This document shows positions 37,301 through 50,529 of a stretch of DNA of 64,000 nt, one piece after another; within the stretch, counting starts at the first letter, position 1; each line of letters begins with the position of its first letter. Under the pieces are notes generated by a model. It saw only the letters and a list, made by a program, of their open reading frames with translations, was not told where the DNA came from and searched no databases. The stretch is from Marsupella aquatica (Eukaryota > Plantae > Marchantiophyta): NCBI GenBank assembly GCA_973895155.1, contig OZ316893.1:18259836-18323835 (forward strand), read 5' to 3'. A program made the position numbers and the translations under genes.

Positions 37301-40300
37301 ACGTTTTTTATTGCTTCTGGTGCTTTTGATATGCTTAAGATTGTGTGGATACTCTATGGGCAGTGCGTGTTGCAGGAAAGTTTAGGGGGCCAACTAGGAC
37401 CTGGTAAAGAGCTCCGAAATGATGAAGTGGAACGTGTGCTTAGTAAGGTTAAGGAGGCCACTCTTTTGGATGCTGGACAATCATCTGTTTGGAGTAATCT
37501 TGGACTTTTATTACTACGTTCTGGAAGAATTCAGGTCTGTCTATGTGCAACAACCTACAGTCCGTCTGAACGTGAAAATGAACAGTGTCTTCGGTTGTTA
37601 GCAGTTTATTCAATACGAATTGTTTTTGGTCTGTCACATCATATGAAATTGTCATGTTACGGAATGGTTTCCAAGGATATTGGACGGTAAATTACCTGCT
37701 TGTTCACCTTAGTTATCTCAACTCAACTTGTGCTTCTACTGCGTGCTATGGACTTGCTAAAGTGGGATGTTGACTGTGTGGCAGACTGCAATATATGTGC
37801 TAATGTCGCTGCTCGAAGTTATTCCTGGTCATGTGGATGCTCTCGCCAATTTGGGAGTGGCCCATTTGCACAGGTCTTATCCATGAACTCGTCTAAGGCT
37901 TCATTTGCCCCTCTCATTAGAAGTGGGATGATAATTGTATGGCTGTTTTTCTGTGGGAGTTGCTGAAAGTACTAGTAAGTGCTATGGAGGAAGTCGTGTA
38001 GCTGTCGTTCGTGGAGAGGTCCATCTCTCAAGTACAAATTGTATGAGAACAACATCCTCTGAAGTAACAAATACCTCGTTTCCAGGCTTACCTTCGTGTT
38101 ATTTTTTGTGCAGTGGAGAGTTGGTACAAGCGACAAGGTGTTTCCAGTCTGTGCTTGAGAAAGATAAATCTCATCCCGGTGCACTTATTAATTATGCTGC
38201 TCTCCTCTTGCGACAATATGGATCATCTTTTTCTGGTACATATTTGGGCTTGTGATAACATATTTGAGTACCGCTTGACAGTTACAGCTGCGCTTGTTGA
38301 CGCCTTTTTCTTGTCCACACCAGATGTCCATTTTACATGGGTCTATTGCAAGGAGTACTGCTTTTACTGCCTTAACGTTGGGTACTAAGCCAATTGACTC
38401 GGCAGGTGCCGGTGCCGGTGCTGGTCAAGGCGCGTATGGACCCAGAGTGGTTGCAGCAAGGGTAGCACAGCAATGTTTAGAGGCAGCTTTGAAGGAAGAT
38501 CCCAAAGCTGGATATATATGGGCCAATTTGGCAGCTGCTTATTCAACGCTTGGCAATATTGGGAGAGCAAGTCAATGTTTGGAGCAGGTATGGTTTGACT
38601 TTTATACTGATAAAGTCAGACGCTGTCTTAGACATGAGGGCTTTGTCATTTCTTTGCATTGTACTTTCTTTTCTGTTGCAGCTCCTTTAACTTTTATGTT
38701 CCCGGAGCTTATAATACATTACCATTACCATTACGTTATTCGGCTGTAACAAACATAGGATTTGTTACTACCCGCCGAAACAAATCTTGATTCTCCAATT
38801 TTCCTTCACGTGGTCTCGGATTCGTTTGCTTTAATCTCAAGACACCACCTGGCTGACATGCTGTGCGCATTTACAGGCCGCAAAGCTGGAGCCTGCTAGA
38901 ATGTCCACTCGGTATGCCGTAGCTGCACATCGAGTAAAGGATGCAGAAAGATCAGAAGATGCTAACGATCAATTGGGTTGGGCAGCCAATGAAATGGCAT
39001 CCATTTTGAGAGAAGAAGATTTTACTTCTATCCAACCAAGGTTAGCCTGGGGTGGTCTGGCCATGGTGAATCGGGCTCAACATGAAACCGCTGCAGCATT
39101 TGAGGGAGGCGGTGTTGACTTGAAAGAAGTAGAAGAACGAGCTCTTCACACTCTTCAGCAGGTAGGCTTCGAATGATGATGCTGTTGGTACTTATTGTAA
39201 GACGTTATAGCCTTGCAGCCATAGACCGTGCTGGGTAGGATGGAATGAATACCGGTGTTGGGACTAGAAAATCTTTCTGGATGACAGCGAAGGTTCTTAA
39301 TTTAGAAGGCTCAAAACTGCCCAAGGTATGGATGAACGAATTCATGTTTAAGTCCAGAGATCTGGGATTGGGGCAAGGGACAGAAATGACAAGGTGTCAA
39401 GCGACTGTTTTTTTGTCTTTTACACTCTGCGGATGTCTCCTTGAGAAAGTTATCTGGAAGTTATAGCCTAGCTTATAAAGTTTGGGACTGCAGGAAGAAT
39501 ATGCCGCATCAGCAAAAATAGCGAATTTTGAGATTATAATGCAATCAAGTTGTATTATAACTGATTCTAGACAACTTCTGAGGTGGTTGGTTTCTTGTTA
39601 ACAGGCCATAGAGGAGGATCCTGAGGATGCTGTCCAGTGGCATCAAATGGGCTTGCACACACTCTGCACACTGCAATTTGGTGCTGCACAGAGTTATTTC
39701 AAGACTGCCATTTCTCGCAGACGAAGCAATCCGTCAGCTTGGTCTAACTTAGGTATGGATATTTGCCTTTTGGTAATTATAAGCAATATAGTGTTGATGT
39801 TGAAACTCGGAGGACCCAAATAGTCGATGCTTTAAAACGGAGTACAAATATGAAAGCTTATGAGCCTGGGGAAAAACTTGCTGCATCCTCGTCGAGTGCT
39901 TTCTTTAGTGTTGAAAGACATATATTGTGTGAATTTGCCAGAGGTGACAGTATTTAATATGGATTTATGTAAGCGCACCCTATGCGCTGATTCTCAGTTT
40001 GCATTGTTTTGTTGGGCGATAGGGATCGCACTCCAACTATCAGAAGATCCCTCTCTCGCTGAAGGAGTGTACAAGCAAGCGCTAGCTCTTGCCCCACAAG
40101 AGCAGGCCCACAGCGTACTTTCAAACTTGGGCAATCTATACCGGCAGCAGAGAAAGTTTAGTGAAGCCCATGAGGTATTCAAGAAAGCTCTGGATCTCTG
40201 TCCTGACTACGCTCCTGCGTGCAACAACTTAGGGCTTCTTCTGGTTGCAGAGGGAAAGTGGGATGATGCAATTGCCACATTTGATCGAGCTCTTCATGCG

Positions 40301-40549
40301 GACCCTTATCTGGATGCTGCCAAGTCAAATCGAATGAAAGCTGTGGCACTCTCCCAAATACTTCGAGGTGAATCTCATGTGGGTCCTGCACCAACAAGTT
40401 TTACATCGGACGTGCCTGCGGGACCTAGTGCTCCAGATAAAGTGAGGCCATCTATTACAGCAGTAACAGTTTCTAATGCATCTGCTTGTAGCCCAACCTT
40501 GGTAGAACCAACACAGCGAGAACCCTTCCCATTGCCATCAATTTCTTAG
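28326..40549 (+). CDS. TPR-repeat protein with a long N-terminal Q-rich tandem-exon repeat region (C-terminal part resembles the At5g63200-type plant TPR family); 31 exons, ~1655 aa if all included
   Basis: GT-AG exons: 28326-28636, 29299-29689, 18 repeat exons between 29864 and 34627, 34747-35345, 35950-36172, 36669-36761, 37092-37199, 37364-37534, 37785-37873, 38114-38235, 38406-38587, 38877-39161, 39605-39752 and 40023-40549. Phases are consistent and the total is 4968 nt. TPR motifs include AHAHFSLGLMHQRSG, VWSNLGLLLLRSG, IWANLAAAYSTLG, VLSNLGNLYRQQR and ACNNLGLLLVAEG; FADLNAEPP precedes them. Confidence 0.88.
29864..34627 (+). repeat. Array of 18 tandemly duplicated phase-0 exons (consensus VLDARESKGMIPAGSPQQQ..QQ...HQQ)
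   Basis: Exons 29864-29950, 30176-30262, 30418-30516, 30680-30784, 30937-31023, 31206-31313, 31437-31523, 31712-31816, 31979-32077, 32223-32300, 32424-32510, 32641-32727, 32896-32997, 33123-33209, 33310-33396, 33540-33626, 34253-34399 and 34535-34627. All are AG/GT-bounded, multiples of 3 and stop-free; the introns are dissimilar. Confidence 0.9.
38654..38734 (+). mobile_element. Extremely 5'-truncated copy of the LINE 3' end inside a TPR-gene intron
   Basis: TTGCATTGTACTTT...GCAGCTCCTTT...CCCGGAGCTTATAATA(CATTAC)3 matches the reverse complement of 55350-55437. Confidence 0.85.
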
Positions 40550-41489
40550 CTCATTTGTATTCGGAACCCCGTCCCTGCTGGGCATTCTTTCGCTCGAAAA
40601 ATAGCCACAAGTACTGGGAGGGAGCTAACGCAGTAGTATGCCTTCGGCAAACTAGTGAGGTTTTCCCGAGTTCCAGTGCACACGATTCTTTTGTTCACGT
40701 ACACTTCTGAAAACTGCGTCCATCTTCTGTACAACCTGTAGTGTGAGCGGGATATAATGTGATAATGCTTTCGTAGGTTTAGGCATCTGATTAAAAGATC
40801 CTATCTATGTTAGTGGGATGGGCAAGCCACCCATTTGCCAACGTATGGAAGCCGCGGGGTTGGGTCGGGATTTGTAGGCAGTACAGTTCTCTTCATCTGG
40901 ATGGAGTCATGCGCTGGAAATTGTTGATGTGAAACAATAAAGAAAAAGTTCCAGAATGGGTTGTATCGCGCATATTGAAAGGTCTCTACCATACTCCTAT
41001 TCTCTAGCAATTTTGTAAGTTATGTAGTGCCAATTCTCAAATGGCAAGCGCCTCTTGCCTGCTTACTTTTAAAAAACCAAAATTGGATGGCCTCCTGTCA
41101 AAATGGCAACTGTTCATAGTCAATAAGAACAAAGGTTCATATTCATAAATTAACCAACATTTCATCCCTTTGAGGCTTGTAACTTGCAATATTAATGGAC
41201 CCTTAATGACAAGTTTCTTGTGAAATTCTCGGCATGATGTTGTTTCTTTTCGTTGATTGTTGTTCTAAACCCAAATATGTAGTTTCGTTTTTGGGGCAAT
41301 AGAGGTATTTGTACATTCTGCATCTTTCAAGCTTGGTTTTCTCAGGAATGCAATGTGAGTAGAATCAAAGTTATTGGAATGGTTAATTCTCATTGTCATT
41401 GGACAAACACTTTGGTTCTTGTCCTACACTAAGGACTGTAATGTTGGAAACAAAGTGTGCAAATATACACTCTTGTGTATGCATGCTGA

Positions 41490-41770
41490 ATGGTTAACTT
41501 TCTGTATAGGTAAAATGAAGGACATTAGAGTGTTCAATGCTTCGTTAAAAAACTAGTGAATGCAATCTGAATGGTTAATTTTCTGTATAAGTAAAATTCT
41601 GTATACGTAAAATGAAAGACATTAGAGTGTTCAATACTTAGTAAAAAAACTGGCGAAAGACATGAAAGTATTCAACATTTTGTAACAAAACTGGTGAAGA
41701 TATTGAAGTGTTCAACATGATTTTGAACAAAAACGGATGAAGACATTAAAGTGTTCAACATGATCTTGAA
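41490..41770. repeat. Degenerate short tandem repeat (GAAGACATTA(G/A)AGTGTTCAAC core)
   Basis: The core recurs near 41517, 41614, 41656, 41696 and 41739. Confidence 0.7.
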
Positions 41771-44269
41771 AAAAGCTTGTGGTAGCAATGTGATAGGGTT
41801 GCTCCAAAGGTTGACTTTCTTTCATGGAATGTGAAAGGTAAATTTTCATTGTCCTATGACAAATTTAATGTGTTGCATGCGAGGTTGTACAGCATTGGTC
41901 AGGACTCAAGTAAAACCTCATTTTTGTTGGCCAAATTGCAAAATTTCAATTTCTCTATACAAGGGTCAGTTTTTCCTATAAGATTTTATTTTCTGGGGAC
42001 CACCAGATGTGATACTGGGGATTTTGAAATGCTAGGAACCATGGTTGAGTCTCGGATACTAACCTTTGGTTACATTGATTGCGTTATGGTTACAGTTTCA
42101 AGGGGGTACGAAATTCAAATGGGTACAAAAGGGATCATTAAAACTGAGAGGGCTTACTCGGGACTATTTGCTTACAGGAGGGGGAAGGCCCGATACTCGA
42201 ACCGTGCATCAATACTGTAGGCATTCAAGTGAAATCGAGACAGTCTGTAACCCAAGCTTCTCCTCAATTTGTGTCTCAGTCAGTCTCAATTGGAACTTCT
42301 GACATCCTCAGTATCTATCGCCTGGAACGCATGATCGATTCAGAGACTAAGAAGCGTAGAATCGAGGGCCCAGACAATTCTCAACAACTGATCATGATTT
42401 CGCATTGCTGCAATCATTTTGGGGCAGTTTGTAGACAAGATGGAGTATCAGAGATTAAACACGTTGAAGACGAAGAGCAGCCAGTAAATTGAAGCAGATC
42501 TTCACGATGCAGTGTGTAGCAGCAGTCAGATGCTCATAATACAATCAGACTCTGTAGAGACCAGGTAATTTACAGGAGGGGGAAGAGCCAGATTTCTCGC
42601 TGGGAGCTTTGAAACTTTCCTCCATAAGACCGAAGACTTGCAACAATGAAGCGCAAGACCCCCCTCCCACTGAGGTCTGGCCGCCATTAGTCCTGCAGGT
42701 CTATTTCTCGATCCAGCCGCAGCACCAGTAGCACGCCCACCGGTCTCCTCATTAGCAGCATCCGTCCACCGAGAGTCCCTTTGCTGCTGTGCTAGTTGAA
42801 ATTGAGCTGATCGTCCTTCTCCCTGTCTATTCTCTCCGTTAGTGTTCCGTTCATTGTTCCCATAAGGTTCCACCAAGCCAGTTCGGGCATCCTGCGGGGA
42901 GTACCGCAGTCGATTATCTATTCCTGCGAGATCGAGTTCCCGCCCGCGCACAGCCTCACGGCCCCCGGCACACCCACTGGGCCAAGATGCAAATGCCGAT
43001 GAGTTCTCAGCCTGCCCATACCTCGCACCCCTACCGCCGGCCGATCGGCCACGAGTATCCATCGAGCGCACCGCCCCCTCCCTTGGGCCGCAGTAATCCA
43101 TGTCGTGAAAGACCCTCCCTCACACAGTGTTCAACAATTCTCGTAGCAATTCTATCAGCCAAAACTCTTACCTTCCAAATGCACTACTTTATCCACAAAG
43201 ACTCAAAGGTGCGAGCTCACCAGTAAGAGTATTCTTGCCTCCACCCTTGCAGATGTCCCTTCTGCTTATTGAAGCACGCGATACTCTTAGTCGCCAAAAG
43301 AACTATACTTGCAGAGTTCCAGCTTCCCAGTTCACAATCCCTTGCAGCCTCTCTTGCCCGTGTCCTGCACCCAGCCCGGTCAGACTGTTCTTGTTTGTTT
43401 ATGCGCATCAGCAGGGCACCAAAACCCGAAGATGGGATGCACCACCACGATCACGGCGGAACACTCAACAGAGTAATCCACGGGAATCCTGATGTGGCAC
43501 CACACACTACCCAATCTCAGCGCCTTCAACCGTTCTCGCTCCCCCACTCCTTCATATGCACACCACTATTCGCAATCCTTCCTCCACCTCCGTCCTTAGT
43601 ATCCGCAGACCCCCTATCAGACCTGCACTCCAGCAAGACCTTCTTCCTGCCAATATCCTTCCGGCCGCCCCTTCCTGCCGCCCCCGCCTAGCAGATAAGG
43701 TAAAGGCCACTACTTGTGCCACTAGTTCAGTCGAATCCCTTCCGCAGCTCGCCGCCTGTCCCGAATACGACCCTTCCACCATTGACGATTCGGTTGGTGG
43801 CTTTCACAATTTTACTCTCCGAATGTGTAGAAGTCTCATATGTCAAGCAAGTCCCAATGTACCCGAGCTGCTTGCTTTCCCAGATCAAACAATAGGCCTC
43901 CCCTCTATCCTCTGTCTTCGATGTCCCTCAAACGAATCCCTGCGTCTGCCCCCCACAGCGTAGAGGCCGTTTTTAGATCTCTTCAACCAGCATGCTCAAC
44001 CTAAACTTGAGTGAGCCACCATATCGCCAATCCGCGCAATCCTCTTCCAACATTCACGAGCGACCTCGATTCCAGCAAAGTTTCTCCCACACTACTCTGC
44101 CTAACCCCTCCATTTGCATGGGACCTTCACGAGTGAACCCAATCAAACAAATTCTCAAAAAGCACGTAAGTGTATACACAGACCAGCGCCGCCTTTGCGC
44201 TCTTTCAGTTCAGTTCAGTTCTACCAGATGAACCTCTGACCCGGTTGAATTTTATTTTATTTTCTAACA

Positions 44270-44720
44270 AGGAGAAAGGAGGGAGATCGATAAGCGGAAG
44301 GCAATGGGGAAAGGAGACTTTTGGTTGAATTGAGGAATGGAGCAACTTGATGGGATTGGGGCAAAGAAGTTTCAGGTGTAAGGAAGAGAAATGTTTTTTG
44401 TGTGTGTATGAGGAGTGTGCGCTGTGTGGGGGACAGGGATTCTTTAGCCTGAATGGAAGGAAAGAAATTTGACGGAAGGCGATGGTGGCTTGAAGAAATT
44501 TTCTTCAGAGGAGTTGAATGAGGAAGTCGACTATGAAAAGAAGAAGCAAGTGCTGAGGCGGCAGGGAGCAAAAGGATGGGGAAAGGGGATTTACCGCCGA
44601 ATCAAGGATTTGAGCAGCTTGATGGGATTGGGCGATGGAGTTATCAGGTGTAAGGGAGAGCAAAAAATTGGGTGTGTATGGAGAAGCGCGCTGCGTGCAT
44701 GTGGGAGGTGTGTGGAAGAA
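44270..44720. repeat. Diverged ~275-bp tandem duplication
   Basis: GGGGAAAGG...GAGCA(A/G)CTTGATGGGATTGGG...CAGGTGTAAGG...GTGTGTATG occurs at ~44306-44410 and again at ~44577-44680. Confidence 0.7.
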
Positions 44721-44958
44721 TTGTTTCTTTGAAGAAAGTGGAGGTTGGGAAGAGCTCAAATGTGGAGAAAGAATGAAAAAACTTCTGTGTGTTATATTAT
44801 TGGTAATGTCGTGAGATATGAGGAGCGCGCGAGATAGAGGTTGAATGAGAACTTAAGCTGACTACGAAGGCTCAGGCGAAGGATGTGCTAGGAGAACCCA
44901 GGCTATGGTGAATGCTAGTGAGAATTGTACTGTGCTGCGGAGTGCTTACAGAGAATTC

Positions 44959-45032
44959 TGTGAAAAGAATACTAGCCTGAAGAGAATTATACTGCATGCT
45001 CGGGGATCCGAATGGCTAGTATTCTTTTCACA
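44959..45032. other. Perfect 19-bp inverted repeat (hairpin, 36-nt loop)
   Basis: TGTGAAAAGAATACTAGCC (44959-44977) and GGCTAGTATTCTTTTCACA (45014-45032). Confidence 0.85.
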
Positions 45033-46480
45033 AATGTGGGATAAATAGCCACATTCGGATTTTGTTGCATAATTAACCGTTCTTATTTGTGCTTGCGTCA
45101 CTGCACATGTTTCAAAAGATTCTTATTAGTGCTTGTGTCGCTGCACATGTTTCTGCACATATTTCAAAAGATTTTTATAGTAACTTCTTTTCGAAAGATT
45201 TTTAAAGTAACTTGACCGTGGCTTCCCATGTAGGTCAGTAAATAATCAATCTTTTGATGAACGGCTGGCTTGTTTTGCAAGGCCAGGTAGCAAGTTGGTT
45301 GACGTCAAACTGAGGAACCTTCATTAACTACTCAGCCTACTGTTCTCATTGCTTTTCTTACACAGCAAGTAGAGTTCAAGCTTAGAATAAGTGTAACAGG
45401 CAGGCAACGATTGTTGGTAGGATGAGTAGGTACAGAGAGTAACATGAAAGAAAACAGAGCTACAAAAAACAGGAACAGGACTCAGCTCCAATCATGTTCT
45501 GATTGAACGATGCTATTCAGATGAGATTGCTTTTTAAACATGAACTACTAACACGAGATAAAGCCCAATATACACAACAGCACATCATTTTACAAGTTTG
45601 ATTGGGGATTTTCCATCTTGCTGGATACCAAAACATGACTACTTGAGGATCCACACCAATGAAAAAATCCAATCCAGTAATGGCTACACACGCTGAGTGG
45701 TTATCTTAGTCGGAATTCAATACTATCACCGCTTTGGCTTTGTATTGTAAAGTTATCTCGAGCGTAGTGCCCTATGCTAAGTCTGCAAACTGTCCAATCC
45801 AAAATATGTCTGCACTCTCGCTAAGTGCGATTTCACTCTTTAGCACCGGGTTGGTTGGGTGTCCAAAGTTGTCCAAAGCGGCGTGACACATCGGGTTCCT
45901 TGCATAAACACTACAGTTACCTCAGTTCCTTGAAGTTCAGATCACATGGACTAATCTTGTGACATTGAATTCTTCCTTGCAGCAGGTTTGCCTGGTGAGA
46001 GTTCATAAGCCAGCCTGAAATCATAAGGGGTCGGTAAATGAGACTGCTAAATTCTAGATTCTCTGACAGAATACGGGTCACCTGACCAGAAAGCAGCAAT
46101 TTCTGTACACATGAACTTCACCGAGAAGCGTTTGCAGTACGAACTACCCGTGGGAAGCAGAAAGCCAGAAAAGAATTTGACCCGTACCCCAAACGTCACA
46201 AAGAGGAGAGTCCATCTCAACAACTCCAAGCGTAGACAAAAGGTGTCCATCCAGTTAAGAATCTAGCCCAATGTTTTCGAAGGAAATTCATTCGACTAAA
46301 CGGCTCAGGTCTCTTTAAATCGACAGCTTAGTTAATCTCTCAAGGGTCCGGCCCCTTCACATTTATAATTGGAAGATATTGATGAGGTGTTAGGAAGCTG
46401 CTGAGTCAAAGCCAAGCAGGTGGACGACAGAACCAATGGACTAGAATTTCTGTCGTGCAGACAAAGCAGACTCAGTAGGT

Positions 46481-47975
46481 CTATTGCTGTCTGTTGGCCA
46501 GCAGTGCTGCACTCACTTGCTTGAGGCCCTCCCCAATGTTGTTCAAGGCATTGATATACCCAGTACCCAGTTCCATGGTGCCCCTAAACCTTTCCTTCTC
46601 AAACTTCAGCTTGATCTTTTCCATTTCCATGTCCTCCCTGTGCCTTTTGTCTTTCCTCTCTTCTGACTCCATCATGGCATCAACAATCTTCTTATTGTTC
46701 CGCTCCAGGACAGGGGCCATTCGGTCTGACGTCTTTGACAAACACTGACGTTTTCTCAAGTTCCTCGGTCCATTCGTATTTTCGGCATCATCACCAGACT
46801 CGGAAAATTCCCCGTTGCTTGCCGCTGTGTTATCTGTACTCGCTCCTGCTCCTACATCAGATCCATAGGAACAAGCTACAAAGATCTTAAGTTTATTTCT
46901 ACCCTTGCTCGAGGAAGACAATGGCATGTTAAAAACATTGATGAACAAATGGCACTCCAGAGGACACGAGGCTATCCCAAAGTAGGGGTAGTAGAGAGTA
47001 AAAATTCAAAGAATCCAACAAACAATCGGGACGACACAGTAGACTCCATCGGTGTACTGAAGGCCCAGTAACATGGGAGACAAATGATCAAAAAGTGTCA
47101 CAACGCTACACGAAGAGGAGATTGAAGCTATGTGATATACCCCTCAAACAGAGACGAGGAAAAGGACATAGACTACTCGAGTCTATTGCGCTCAAAATCC
47201 ATATGGAGTCCGTCCTCAGCGCACCGATGAGTATCTAAGAGCTCAACTTTTCAACGAAAATTCAAGACAACACATTATCCCCATTCTATCCAAACAACGG
47301 CTAAGCTCTCGGACGGGAAAATAGATTAATGTGACGTCAACATGAAGTCGTTGACTTTTGGGAACATTTCACTAAACTTAGACAAATGATTCCCGGCATG
47401 AGGCATGAAACCCAAAGCTTACCAATGCGCAGGACTGGGACTGGAGTAGAAGTATCGACCGCAAGTTCCCCAGGGTCCATTACTTTGCTCTTATTGTACC
47501 ATTCAGTGAGGGATTGGAAAACCTCCTTGTAGAAGTTCCGAGGAAGGCGGTGCTTCTTCCTCTCATCCCCAAGCATGTCCCAGTAGGACCTGTGCCCACT
47601 GGGGATGTTCTTCTCATAATCATTCACCTTTTTGAACTCGGAGGCCAGAAGCTCCCATTTATCCTGGCATTGCTGTGCGCTCTTCTGCACACCTTGAGCC
47701 CAGCAATAATCCTCGATCCATTGCCATCTCTCTACTGCTGTCTTCTTTTTCTCCTTCAGCCCACCCTTGGTTTGCCTGTCAAAATCTTCCCGTCTGGCAG
47801 CCTGGAGAATGACCATCTCTGCTGGAGTCCAGTTGCTCTTCTTGTATGCCCGGCCCTTTCTTGAACCCTCCGGCTCACCAAACAGCACGTCATCGTCTAT
47901 GTCCTTGCTCTCATCATCACCCACTTGGACTCCAACACAGCGGGCGTCACCCATCCCGACCTGCTCGCTCGTCAT
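46481..47975 (-). CDS. Trihelix (Myb/SANT-like DNA-binding) protein, ASR3/SH4-like, 2 coding exons
   Basis: Exon 47975-47423 (donor G|GTAAG) and exon 46851-46481 (acceptor TAG|) join in frame (RIG AGAS). Motifs WTPAEMVIL, ERWQWIEDYCW, SAQQCQDKWELL, SYWDM..ERKKHRLP; C-terminal coiled coil. The start codon is uncertain. Confidence 0.82.
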
Positions 47976-49949
47976 CCCCACCAGGAATATACGGAGAAAA
48001 TGCCTACCTTGCAGAGCGAAGACTTTTTGGCAGGTATGGCCTTCAACTATAGAATTCCAGAACTCCCTGTCAAGGAAAAGAATATAACCTCTTCATAAGA
48101 ATCACACCCCTCTCCTCCTGTCGCACTGCCTATCGGTCTATCCAAAAATGCCTTACTGATCGAGACAAAATCGGCGCTCCCTCTTGGTTTCTGTTGTCTC
48201 TCCTGTTACGGTCTGCCTCTTGCACGCCTTCGGACCTTCCCCACCTCCTCGTCAGCCATCTTCTGGGGCCAGAAATGCGTGAGATCCCTCTCCGTAGCTG
48301 CTTCAAACCCCTTAATCCTGTCAGTGTCTCATTACAACCGCCACCCTTCCGCCTTATAACGTTCACCATGGAAGTGCTCCTCGTTTGAAAACTTCAGGTA
48401 GTAAAATGGCATCAAGTTCCCGAGAGCCCTCTCTCCCACCTCACATTTCTTCTAATTTCTTTTAAATGAGCCTCACAAAAGTTCTATAACCACCAATCCC
48501 TTGGTCCACTTCTGCAATCCACGGTTCATGCCGGCCTTGCCAGGTAACACAAATTGAGCATCAAAGTCCGCCTTTCACTGATTATAACACCTCGCCTATA
48601 TTCCTTCCAATCGGTCATCGTACAAAATTTGGGACATCCCTCTCTCGCTTCTGCTGTCCAACCCAAGGTACTGAGTCTCAGTCCTTGAAATGGGAACCAT
48701 TGACACCAACACCCTGGCGGCCACTGTTCTTCGGCTGCTACCTCTATCCTTCTGGACCCTGTCTATGGATGCCCAATTACTTCATTACGTGACCACTGGT
48801 GCCACCGCCGAAAGCACCCTTGCTCAATAAAAAAATTGCAGAAGGAGAGCTCCCAATCCGCAAAAAGCACCACTTGGCAGTCCGTCCGTCAGATGGGAAT
48901 CGCCGCTTTTCTGCTTCTGGTGATGCTACTGCAAATACCTGATGCAAATTTTCAGTCCACCAACCATTAAACTATCAAATAAAGTAGGGCCAAAGTAGAC
49001 TGAAATGTATCGTAGAAAGTTAAAAAATTAACCCCAATTTCTCCCGTTCAAGGCTTAAACCCAACGAACTGTATGCACTGTCTGCTTGCTAGTCGGAGAT
49101 TCCCCTCCTGTAGGACCCTTATTGAGTCCCTTCAATCCTTTCGAACCCAATACAGACTCTCTACTTCGAAGAGCCCCACATAGTTAACATTGACAGACAC
49201 ATACGACACCCCTCTATCCTCTGTCCCCATACATCCCATGTAAATAAATGAAGAAAGTAAGGAAGACACAGGGCTGGACAGAAAATAAAGAACACAAGCT
49301 AACCACGAGGAAAGAAATGACAACAAAGAATTTATGAGCAACCAAAGATCATTGGGGTTTACGGATCTCAGGAGCGCTCTGGAATTCAGAGTCAGAGGAA
49401 TCAGAAACTCCCACGGACATAAAGCCACAAAGGAAGGTAACAAAATGCAACGCAAATCCAAATCCCCTTCCTCCTCGGGATTGATTCTACCTCGTTCCGG
49501 AGAGAGAAAGGGGAAGAAACGTCGATTGTAGGAGAACAATGCAAGAAAGAAAAAAATATGAGGGCGTCAAGGGAAAGAAAGGAGGCGATCTGTGGGGAAT
49601 GAAAGTGCACCCGCCCGTCGTTGAGCCGTGCCGCCCCTGCTGCTTCGGTGGCCTGGCTTGCCCCACCATGACGAACCGGGGGCCCGCCACCTGACCAGCG
49701 CCGCGAGGAGGCAAACAGAACCTTTTGTATAAGCATGAGGGATCTGGTCCGGCCGTCTGTCACCGTTGAAGTGCAAACGGCGTTGTTGATAGACTTTCTG
49801 TTCACCAAGCTCGCAACTTTGGAGTCAAGAACGAGCCGTGACCTCTGGCCTATGACTCGTTTTTGGGTCTGGCTGCTGACTCCAGTGTCTTATTGGGTTT
49901 ACTTTTCATATCATACTAGCCCAATGTCTCTGGGTTGCACAAAAGACGT

Positions 49950-50340
49950 TAAGGTGAAAAAATATCTCAATGTGAAGAAAAGATGTTGGTGTGAAAAAAA
50001 TTATCAATGAGAGAAAAAGATGTCAGAGGTGAAAAAAAAATGTTGGTGTGAAAAAAGTTGTCGATGAAAAAAAAGATGTCGAGGTGAAGAAAAAATGTTT
50101 GTGTGAAAAAAGTTATCGAAATGAGGAAAAGAAATCAAAGTGAAAAAAAGATGTTGAGGAGAAAAAATAAGGCAAGGTGAGAAAAATATGTAAAGATGAG
50201 TAAAACATGTCAAGAAGAGAAAAGATATCAATAGAGGGCAAGGGAAAGACATCGTGATGAGGTGAAGAACAGATGTTGAGGTGAAGAAAAGATGTTGAAA
50301 GGAGAAAAAAATGTCAAGGTGAGGAAAAGTTGTCGAGGAA
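49950..50340. repeat. Degenerate A-rich minisatellite (~20-bp unit GATGTTGAGGTGAAAAAAA)
   Basis: Repeated GATGT(T/C)G(A/G)(G/T)GTGAAAA units. Confidence 0.75.
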
Positions 50341-50529
50341 ACATTAAAAAAATGCAGGCAAACTCATTCACTATGCGTCGCAAAAAAAATGTAGCATAAA
50401 AAATGTCATTGTTTGATGGTGTTTGTCATCTTTTCAGTGCCACTGAAGCCTAGTCAAAACTATCTATCAGTTACCAGTAACGAATATTTATACTGCACAA
50501 CCTAAGCACTTTGGCTCTTGTCGACAGAG

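Noticed and set aside
36669-40549. Calling the TPR gene SPINDLY/SECRET AGENT
   Set aside because: Only TPRs and a short P/S/T-rich tail are present; no glycosyltransferase domain follows.
42526-43963. GC-rich ORFs on both strands (e.g. 42526-43101)
   Set aside because: Low-complexity sequence with no recognisable motif; possibly decayed TE, but unsupported.
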